NCBI RefSeq assembly: GCF_964204645.1
Contig: NC_134031.1
Location: forward strand, 19,103,910 to 19,167,909
Length of the DNA stretch: 64,000 nt
Reading direction: 5' to 3'
Origin: Tubulanus polymorphus
Taxonomy: Eukaryota; Animalia; Nemertea
The translations under genes were made by a program, and so were the position numbers. Position 1 is the first letter of the stretch. The number at the start of each line of letters is the position of its first letter. Below the pieces are notes generated by a model that saw only the letters and a program-made list of their open reading frames with translations, ran no database searches and had not been told where the DNA came from. This document shows positions 24,601 to 36,020 of the stretch, piece by piece.

Positions 24601-27600
24601 TCATACCGGTGATTTCGTATATAAATCACGATGATTGAATGATTAGTGGTTCGGTTTATCGGTAATCAACATCTTGTATTCACACCTCTCTCTCCCCTCT
24701 CACTCCTTCTTACGACTGACCTGTTCTTGTTTAATACCACACGAGATCGATAGAGATCAACCATAAATCGGTGAGGAATTCAGTGGATAAAATAGCGCTC
24801 AAACCTTGAAATACAAAATATATTTAAACAGATAGAGAGTTAAACAAGAGCAACAGTTGAAATCTTCATTTTAAATGAATTTTATTTGAATCTAAAATGA
24901 AGGTTTAGATAGTTTTGCTATTGTTTAACTAACACTGAGTCAGTTGTGTATGTACTGAGGATAAACGTATAATTGCACTGATTAATTTGATGTCAATTGA
25001 TGTGTAATGATAATACACACCGTATCTATTATATGTATATGATGTGTTAATTGCTCGTCTATTGATGGATGTATGATGTATAGAGGTCTCTGGGGAGGAG
25101 TTTAATGAGGTAACGCAGCGTTATACTCCGCGCGCGCGGTGATACGCCGAGTCAAGTGAACATCCTCTCGACTCATCAATTCCGTCTGCCACTCGCTCCT
25201 CGTAATAAATCAATAATATCTTCTGCTACGGCGACGACGACCGAGCAGACGCCAGCCGGTATCGATGGTGATCATCATTTTTCTGCATTATTGAAAATCT
25301 TTATCCGCGCTCTTCCGTGCGATGTACATCTCGTTAGATCGGGCTTTTAAAAAGATCACTGATAAGTCTTCTGTCGGGGATGATTCAATGGAGTGGTAAT
25401 AGGGTCTCGGACCCCCGCCTTTTCATTCAAGTTGCCCTTCTGTCAAAACAAAGCTGCTTTATATGAGCAGTATATATTTCTATTGTATCTCTCATTCCTT
25501 ACAATAGGTCTTTCAGCTGAAAAAAAGCTTAAAGCTGAAAATTCAAAGTTCTATGATTGTTACGAATTAATCGATGTTTTAAAGCTTTTCAGTTTCTAAA
25601 TTATTCTACCGCTCTATATATGTTTTCATGTTGTTGCTATATTTCAGGAAATCGCGTCTTTGCTGATCGCGTACGATCGACATAAAGAATGGCAGTGCAA
25701 AGACGTGAAACAGTTACCGCACAGCGGTTCGATGTTACTGTACAATCGAACTCACGTGAAATTCCGCAACGACGGCTACTGCTGGAAAAAACGTAAAGAT
25801 GGCCGCACGACGCGCGAGGATCATATGAAACTAAAAGTTCAAGGAGTCGAGGTAACAGACACCCGCCGGAAACAGTAGAATATACGATTACAACTGAACT
25901 ATCTAGAAATAAAATATCATCTGTTGATTACACATGAACAATAGCGGTAATCACTGGACATGATTTGACCCGTGCCAAACAGGCACAGACCCATTTGGTA
26001 CCCATGCGAACGGTTGGCCCCGGTCAAATTTTGTATGATCTCGGCTATTGTATAACGGACACTGCCAAAACCTAGAATCCCATATTCTTATGATTGATCG
26101 TGAAGAATGTTTACATCCAGCGAGGGTGGTGAGAGCCACTTCTAGGTCTTTATAATGTATAAAACAGTTCACTTCAGTTAGAATTATGAACCCTGTATGT
26201 ATTTAATGAACAGCCCTCGACTTTTTCTTATCTAAAAGAGATTAGCAGCTTGTATTGGTAATCAATTAGTACCGCCGCGATCGGTTCCATCAAAATCAAA
26301 ACATAGAAATATCACCCTAATTTGGGCTGCTCTTCCTATTTCTCTAAGACAGTTCAGCGGTGGCTAATTTTTGTTTTTTCTGTTTCTGTTTTCGTTGCAG
26401 TGTATATACGGCAAATACTTTCATTCTGCCATTCTTCCAACATTCCACAAGCGTTGCTATTGGTTACTACACGTAAGTATTCGCCGTATGACGGTGTTGT
26501 GTCGATGTCAACCTCCTCTATCTCCCCATCCCCCCCCCCCATGGCAGTCTGTCAACGACCCCCCTGTGTGTTCAAGTGCTCTTTTGATGAAACAGGGAGT
26601 GCTGTCTCTCCTCTACTCTCTCTCCTGTCTCTCTCCTCTCTCTCCTGTCTCCTCTCTCTCCTCTCTCCTCTCTCTCCTCTCTCTTCTACTCTCTCTCCTC
26701 TCTACTCTTCTGTCTTCTCTCTCTCCTCTCTACTCTCCCCTCTCTCTCTTCTCTCCTCTCTCTCTCCTCTCTCTGTCTCCTCTCCTCTCTCCTCCTTGCT
26801 CCTCTCTCTCCTCTCTCTCGCTCCTATCTATATAGGCAAACTGGTTTCAATTTTCTGCACGTTTTTCTGTGTCGAATTGCCAAAAAAAAACCGTTTAAAC
26901 GATCTCTTCCCCTGAGCTTTGTAAAATAGACAACCTCACAAAGGATCCGGTTCCGTATTGATTGTATTACCCGCAAGCCTGAACGTGTATCATCGTTTCA
27001 AATTTCCTAATATTATAAATATTCGCGTTGTTTTTATTTTTCTCGAACAGAACCCCGATATCGTGTTAGTTCATTATCTGAATGTTCCGTATTCCGATGA
27101 TAATAAACTGTCGATGGCATCACTTCCGATTCTGGGTAAATCTCATTACTGGACGCACGCCGAATTACAAGCTCAATTACGACCTATGTGTGAGTATAAC
27201 GACTGCGAAAATCAAATCTCATGATTCACTGTGACTTTATGTCTTAAGTCGGTTGTAGGTGCGATACCCTCATAACTATGATTTCTTAGTAGAACGATGA
27301 CCACACTCAAACGTGGTGAACGGATAATAAGATAAAATCCCACTATTTACAGATTAAAAGAATTTAAAAACCAGAATTTATTTATTAAATCTAAAATATT
27401 TAAAAGACACGACGTTTCGATCTCACCCTAGAAACCCTGTCACACCTGACGATGATCTCTAGGGTGAGATCGAAACGTCGTGTCTTTTAAATATTTTAGA
27501 TTTAATAAATAAATTCTGGTTTTTAAATTCTTTTAATCTGTAAATAGTGGGATTTTATCTTATTATGATTTCTTAGATTTCGGAAAAATACTCGTGTTCA

Positions 27601-30600
27601 TCCTCAGAGTTTCTATTTGAAGATGGGCTGATGTATGAAATGTCACAACTACTGTCAATCTTGTAGTTAAGCCTTACAGTACTGACTAATGCACTGAGTC
27701 CCTCAAAACTGAAGATTTCAATGAAATCAATTTGAAGGTAGTTTTTGATTGAGTTTTGTTTGTGTCCACTACAGTTTACAGTGTTCATTTCCGACGTTCC
27801 GATCAAGCATCGCCTTCAAAATCTGAACAAGTTGTAAGTATCTCTAAAATCATTATAAGATCTCTCATCCTTCTCTCATAGTGCTAGGAAATCAGGATAA
27901 GTTCCGAATTTCAAAACATGATTTGCTGATTTGAAAATAAAGGGCAACTTTCTTCAGCAATCTTTTATGAAATCACCTTTATCGTCCAGTCAACATTGAA
28001 ATGTTGACTTTCCTGTAGTATGATGGCATCTGTTCATGGCCATCTAAGAAAATTGAAAAAATCTGGAAATTTGATAGTGGGAACAATGAAATCTATTCTC
28101 CTATGAGATGAAGAATATTGTTTGAAAATCTTGTGATGAACATTTTAGCTGCAAATGGAAGAGACGGTCGAATCAATCGTTCAGCAACTTCTCGAACAAC
28201 AAGAACAACGCTTACAACAACAACAACAACACCAGATGGCAGCAGCAGCAGCTCATAAACAACAAGCAGACGATTTAGAGAAATCACGAAATCAGAAAAC
28301 GACGAATACAGTTACAGTTTTACCTCAGGGAGCTACAATAGGTAACTTATCATAATTTTACGGAATCATTGAAGTCAGGTCTTCATTAGTGACTAATCAT
28401 AATTTTACTGAACGTAGTAGAGACTCTTAGCTGGTTTATTTTATAGTAACTCGAAGGTGGTTAACAAATTTCAATTTTCTTTACCTATAGGTGGCAGTAG
28501 TGTGTTAGCAGTTAGTTCAGTTCAGACGTCAAGTAGCGGGGGTCAGTCACTGACGGCGGCGACCCCCGGGACAGCAGCAGCAGGCCTAGCGGGCACGCCG
28601 GTCATTTTAAATCTACAAAATGGCAACGGTTTACTCATCTTCTCAGGGCAAACTATTCAAATTCCCATGACGACGACGACATCAATGGCAGCTAACCACT
28701 CTACTCCACACCATCAGCAACAGCAATCCGTGAGTAACAGTATTCATACTACGTTATTTACAATAGCCGTGATCACACGGAGATGATTTGCTTTGTATCA
28801 GACCCAAGTCAAATTTGGCCCGTGCCTCATTTTAAATGTAAACCACTCACTCGATACTAAACAATACTTAAAGAAATGAAGTGATTCACTTGCAATAATT
28901 TGACCCGTGCTAAAATTTGGTTTGGGCCTGGTCCAACATTTTTGATCGGGCCAAACAGGCCATGTGAACAGGGCCGAATTTGGCACGAGGCAAATTTGGC
29001 CCAGGTCTCAATTAAGTTTGTTCTAATTAAAAATGGACCTAGGATTCCCGTGATGAGTCCAAGCTAAACTGGTCCATGCAGGAAACAAAGATTGATTAAC
29101 ATGATTATGATAACGATAATACATGTAGATATGTTATGTTTGTTCAGGTATCGCCATCTATTGGTAACGATATGAAACTGCAGCGAGACGTCGAGAATAC
29201 CGTCGTCAACAACGGCAGACAACAATCAGCATTTATAAATCACCGAACGATTGAGACTAGCGATACTCGAGCGTATTCCTCGGCGATGGACGTTTATAAC
29301 GACAATAACAAACAAACTCCGGTAACGTGCGACTCTCCGCCGAAAACAGATTCATTCATGGATCTACAGTTAACACACGACGATATCCAGGACGCGTTAT
29401 CCGCGAGTCTACCGGAGATAACATCGTCGAATCATTCGATCGCGAACATGGACGGATTAGAGTCGTCTGCTCCGTCGGGCGCCGTGACGACCAACGCGTC
29501 GAACATCGGAGATTTAAACATCGATGCATTTGATTATTTTCTCGATCTCGAGGATTTAGATGCGATCGAACCGGATTTGTTGCCGACTGCGACCGATAAC
29601 AATGATCACGCCGGACAGCAGACGCATCTGTCGGATTCCGATAAAAAGAATCAGGCGGGAATCGCGAATATAACAGACTATAGTCCGGATTGGTCGTATC
29701 CTGAGGTATGTATCATCAACACCTAATCATTAGTTCCTTTCTATGGTTTACTTGTTTTCTGACCTGCAGCTTATGAACTGACTCCAGGGTCAGCAGCACA
29801 GTCAACACATAGATTTATCAGTCTAAGCTCAGAGTCTAAGCTTAATCTTACTACTTAAGACCATGGAACTGTTGAACTAAGATGGTCTTGGACTGGTCGA
29901 AAATATAACTATGATGATAGCTATTTGACATTGCAACTGAGCCGCTACTATTTTGCCACAACATTCTAGTTTCAATTTCCATTTATTTGCTTTCAATTAC
30001 CGGTATCTCTAAATTCAATATTCAATTATCAGATTTGATTTATCTCTGCATGGATCTGATCTGAATGTAGATTTAAGGATTCTAGGTTTACAAAATGTGT
30101 TTAGTATATATGATTATCTATATAATGTGTGATGTATTTGTAGGGTGGAACTAAAGTGTTAATCACTGGTCCGTGGTACTCGACCACCTCACCATATACG
30201 TGTGTATTCGATGGAGTATCTGTGCCCGCTACTCTAGTCCAAAGTGGTGTATTGCGTTGTGTTTGTCCAGGTATATATCTCAAAACAGAAAACGAGATCT
30301 CGAAATCGAGTCAATAATTTTCGAGCGTTGTATATATTCGCGATGGTTCTATTTTCAGCGCATGCTCCCGGTATCGTGACATTCCAAGTTGCTTGTGAAG
30401 GTTATGTGATCTCAAACGCTTGTTCTTTCGAGTACAGAATACACGAACGTACGAAGCCGTCTGCTGATAAGAAGGCTTGGGTTATTTCTGACGGTACGTT
30501 CCGACACAACTTCCTATTATTTTGATAGATTTTTCTCATACCAATGATGAATATTTTCTCATTGTTTTCAGATAAAGAATTCAAGCTAGCTCTGTTGGAT

Positions 30601-33600
30601 AAGCTCTCTGAGATAGAGAAATGTCTAGTCAAACCGAATTCATCCACTAATTCACAGGTATGTCTACCACTCGTTACTAGTCTGTATTCAGCGGTATGGT
30701 CACCACATCAATCCATGGTTCATGGGTTTGAATGAGTTTCTTAGTCAATAGTTTTTTCCTGGCTTCTTTGTTCATAAAAAGAAACCCCAAATAACTAGTT
30801 ACAATGACAAAAAGTAAAACTATGAGAGTTATCATCCTGTCTCAATTCTATCATAGCCATTTTCAAAATTGTGTCTATCTAACTGTAAACTTTGAAAATC
30901 ACTCATCGAGTTAGTTGAAATATCAAGGCTCTCGTAGTTTTATTTCATAGTTTCGGGTTTCTTTAATTGAATCAGATGGTCACTTGTCTATGGAAACCCT
31001 CAAGTCCTTTAAGAGCGGAAAAGAAATAGGAATGCTGAACCTATTAAACCACTGTGTAGTTAGATTCAGGGATGTAAAATTCTAATGATTGGAAACGAAT
31101 GATTTTCAGATCTCAAAACCGTTAACTACAATGATTGACGCGTTTGAACAGCACTGTATTGATTATTGCGTAGAGTGTAGTTTAAGAGCGTGGTTACCGC
31201 TCAGTCAATTACCGATTTCATCATCCGACTATAAAGGAATGACTCTGTTACACCTGGCAGCGGCGTTAGGATACAGTCATCTCATACAAACGCTGATTAA
31301 ATGGAGGAACGAACGTCCGAGTATTGTGTTAGAATACGAGGTCGACGCGTTATCCCTAGATAACAACTCTTCAACACCATTTGTGAGTATAGAAAGTCTT
31401 TTCATTATGAAGTCATAACTTAGTTCATAAGTGGTAATAAATCTTAAGACTGGTCTTAAGATTGACTGTAGAACTAAAAGAGCTTAGACTGGTCTTATTT
31501 GTTAGACTGGCCATGGAACCAAAAAGAAACTTAGACTGGTCTTTAGGTGTTAGATTGTTTATAGTACCAAAAGGAGCTTAGACTTGTCTTAAGTTGTAAG
31601 ATTGGTTGTAAAACCAAAATCAGCTTAGATTGGCCTTAAGTTGTTAGATCAACCAAAATGAGCTTAGACTGGTGTTAAATCCATGTCCTGATTGTGCAAC
31701 TGTTTCGGTCCTGGTTGGTGAGGTAGATTTAGGGATGATCATATTGAACTCACTGTTTTGAGGTCTATTCAAATTGTATTTCGTGTATTGTAGGCGTGGG
31801 CGTGTGGTTTGAATAAGATTGAAACGTCAGTCGTTCTGTACAGATGGAATCAGAGCGCTGTTAACGTGTGTTCCAGCGACGGAATGATGCCTCTGACTCT
31901 CGCTTCAAACTACGGTAATCGCGCGTTGATAGAACGCATTCAAAAACTACGAACTTCAATCGAGAATTCCTCGCGCGATGTGTTCCGTGAACCGACCGCA
32001 TTCGGCTTCAGTAAATACACGAACAGTTCTCCGCCGCCATCGTTCTCCGGTTTAACGAGTTCCCGCACGACCGTCGAAGTCGCCGCGACGACCAAGGGAA
32101 AGAATAGTTCGTCGTCTGCCGCGAAATCTAAACGCGCCGAACGTCTGCGAAAACGTCTGTCGGTTGAAATATTCCCGAGCGTCTCGAAAACGACCGCCGA
32201 CCCGACCTCGACTGGTCGCAATCTAGACGAGCCGATGTCGGCTAGTCTCCGCTCGGCGAACTCCGACCCGCATCTTACGGCGTCCCTCGACGCGATGACC
32301 TCCAGAGATAATCCGATGTTTTCGTCATCGAATATGGGCGGAGCTAACGATTTCGGGGGCCTGCCAATCACGTTCATGCAGACGGAATGTCAACAACTCG
32401 CGAGTAAAGACACCGAACCGAAACACAGCGCGATGGATACAGGTAAAATATTCACATCCTACCTCGACAGGGATTCAAACCTGATGGCATCGATACATAC
32501 TCTTCTATAGCACAAATCCCTGCCTGAATAGACAAAATGAAAAACACCACCCTGATGATGTCAGAAATGTTTCATTATTAGCCCGGGTTGTTTTGTTTTG
32601 TATAAAGAAGCAATCTTACCGATGCTGCATGTTTTTCATGCTGCTAACCTGGCTTATCGGGCAGGAATTTGCAATTGAGAGATAAGAGAAGATTACAAAG
32701 TTCTGAAGAATTAATGATTATATTTTCGTTATAGATCGTAGTGAGAGTCCATTCATCGACGTCGAGCGAATCTCGTCGGACGAGGACGATCTGAAATCTC
32801 GCCGCGGCGCCGGTGAATCAAGCGCGGCCGGTGATCATAAGAATCAGATGGTAACGTTAGCGAAACAGATTATAGCAGCGATGCCTGAACGAATTAAACT
32901 ATCACCGAGTCGCAGTGACGATAGCGGCATCGTACGGGATCGTAGCTCCTCGTACGGGTCTCTCGTCTCGAATTGTGAAATATCGCAGTCCGTCTGCACC
33001 GACGAATCAGCCATGTCTGCGCCGCTAGGGGGCGCTGATAGCTTAGCATTTGATGAATATAGGTACGTATCGGTATAAGAAAGAAAACCTAAATTTCCCT
33101 GACACTTGACCAAAACATCCCTCATTACATAATATGATATCCTCAATGGGAAATCCAAAATCCTTATTTTCTATCATCTCTGACCTTCACCAAGAATCTT
33201 AGTGTCTGATGTACCACAGACACTAAGATGCGAACGACATTTTCTCGATACTTTTAGATCACTGCAGCTTTAAACCACCAGAAATCCAGTTTCACTAAAC
33301 CGATTGTGAAAAATAAACTATCGTTACAAACCTCATACATTCAGTTTTCTTATTATTATATTCATTTGGAGGTTCATTCATCATAGTCCGTGCTTGATGC
33401 GATATAAATACAGAAATAGCAAAAATGACACCATTTTTTCACTTTGAAACTAGGCATTGTAACACTGTAGTTCGTTAGCAACAAGACAACTTGAGCGATG
33501 CGTGTCTCATCGCTAAACAGCGCATCATTTTTGTATCTTAAATTTAATCGTACTAAAATCAGATTTATCGTCAAAATGTTATAATGAACAAACGTAAGAC

Positions 33601-35989
33601 ATCATAAGGTTAGTGTAGATAGTTTATTCATCAAAATCGGTTGTTTATTTGCTGAGATATCGCAGTTTGAACACGGACAAAAAAGCCGACCAAATTCTGG
33701 TCGGCAACTGTACAGCGAATTTGAATGCACGCGTCTGGGTGGTTGGTTACACTAGGATCGTAGAGCGACGGAGATCACTGGTGGAGACAACCGCTGCCAG
33801 TGCTGGGTGAACTCTGACCATAAATTCCCTGATTAGATTATAAGATACCGGTATCCTCTATGAAGGCTGTTTCTTATCAAGAGGTTCCTTTTGCTACAGC
33901 AAGAACAAGATGCCAAAACTTCCCTGATTTAATTATAAGGTATCCTCAGTGGAAGCGGTTTGTTATTGAGAGGTTCATTTTGTCACTCATCACCAGCAAG
34001 AACAACAAGATGCCAAAACTTCCCTGATTTAATTATAAGGTATCCTCAGTGGAAGCGGTTTGTTATTGAGAGGTTCATTTTGTCACTCATCACCAGCAAG
34101 AACAACAAGATGCCAAAACTTCCCTGATTTAATTATAAGGTATCCTCAGTGGAAGCGGTTTGTTATTGAGAGGTTCATTTTGTCACTCATCACCAGCAAG
34201 AACAACAAGATACCAAAAATTGAAATTCCTTGAATCTTCCCAAATTTGAAGCTAAATCGAAAAAACTTCCCGTGTTTTATTCATGTATCGTTGTTAAATA
34301 TTGTCTATTGATGTAGGTATAGCGCGGACATAGGGACTCCGGCTTCGTCGCTGAGTCCTGACTCCTCGTGTCTTCAGAGTCCTCTCAGTTTCCTGCTCGA
34401 CTCCCCACCGCCGACTATGTCAGAGTTTCAAGAATATTTCAACGCGCCATCGACTTACATGGAGAAAGACTTTTCGCAACTGACTTTATCCGGTAAAACA
34501 ATCGAAGAATGGAAATCAATGTTCGACGTAATGAGGAAAGAATTTTACAGTTTTACAAAATTTTTCGAATTTTCAGACCACGAACAGAGAAGACTTTACG
34601 AAGCGGCGAAGATAATTCAGAATTTCTACCGTCAATATAAAGATCGGCAACAACAACAGAATCAACGTATTAAAGAGATTGAAGCGGCCATCTTGATTCA
34701 GAGTTACTACAGACGTTACAAACAGGTACATATATTACAGTCGTTCCCGCAGTGCCGGGAAATCGGGAAAAACTTTGGAATTTCAAAATTATATTTCCTG
34801 GTTTGTAAACATTTGTAAATATTATATGAGTTTCCTCTAATCTGGGAAATATTCAGAAATATTTGGGAAATTCATTTTACACTTTTTCATGTAGCATTGT
34901 TCCGGAATGTCCATAACTTTTTCCATGTCTCCATGCCTACCAACTGAAGTTTTTTTCAAATCATCAAAAATTAGAAACATTTGAAAAATAGGCTTGGAAA
35001 CATGAACATTCAAATTATGGGGTCACTTTATCTCCATATTCTATTGACGACCAACAAAGTTGAACTAGACATTACCTGTTTGTTGAAATAGACATTACCT
35101 GTTTTCAAGTTTAATGATTTGATACCTCATTATTTCAGTACGCGTACTATAAGAAGATGTGTCAAGCGGCTGTTCTGATTCAGAGTCAGTTCCGTAGTTA
35201 TCAAGTTCAGAAGAAATACAAACGAAGTCGCGACGCGGCGACCGTCATTCAGAATCAATACCGCGCTTACAAAGAACACGAACGTTTTAAAAAGTCACGC
35301 GACGCCGCGAAAATTATACAACAAAGATTTCGATACAGGTGAATATCAGTCGGATTGAGAGGGAAAAGACATCTGCTGATGCTGCCCTGAGTAGCATTCA
35401 GTAGATTGAGGAGAAAAACTAATCTTGTTCAGTATCAGTTTGATGAGACTTTGTCAAATGTGATAGAATACGTTTTCATGTTTTGGTTTTACCTATACCG
35501 TCTGCGTCTGCTTTCTTTTAGTCGGGCCTTTCGGGCTGCTACTGATAGGCAGTGTTACTGCTATGCCCTTTCGAGGAAGTTAACTGACAATGCTATAAGT
35601 CTTGAATTCGGGATAATTGTTGTTTGAATATTTTACAGGAGTCATTATCAGCGTAAACAGGGAGGAGGACAAGACGTGTCTCGATCCATGCAGAATTTAA
35701 TGCGACAATCGGTGGATAGGTAAATATAAAACCATCGTTTCGTCCCCTCCAGCCATCGATCCATCGAGAATCACATTTAACAGTGCATCGTGAGTGACTG
35801 ACCTAGCTGGTTCTAACGACAGTTCTAGCATGCCTACTAATTTAAACTATCCCAGAAAGAGAGAACAAAAAATGGAGAATGCCAAGTTTAGTTTAAAATC
35901 GGATGTGTTTATATTGTTTTCAGTTATTATAACTTCGGTCTATATTCAATGATGAGACCTGAGATTTGGGAGAGGTAAAACACGATATA

Positions 35990-36020
<31 letters not shown>

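Noticed and set aside
26322-26915. 197-aa Leu/Ser-rich ORF
   Set aside because: Produced by a CT tract; only 26401-26472 is a real exon.
32551-32573. CTGATGATGTCAGAAATGTTTC, hammerhead-like
   Set aside because: No credible stem I or II; may be chance.
31940-33158. Antisense ORFs over CAMTA exons
   Set aside because: Shadow frames of the + strand coding exons.
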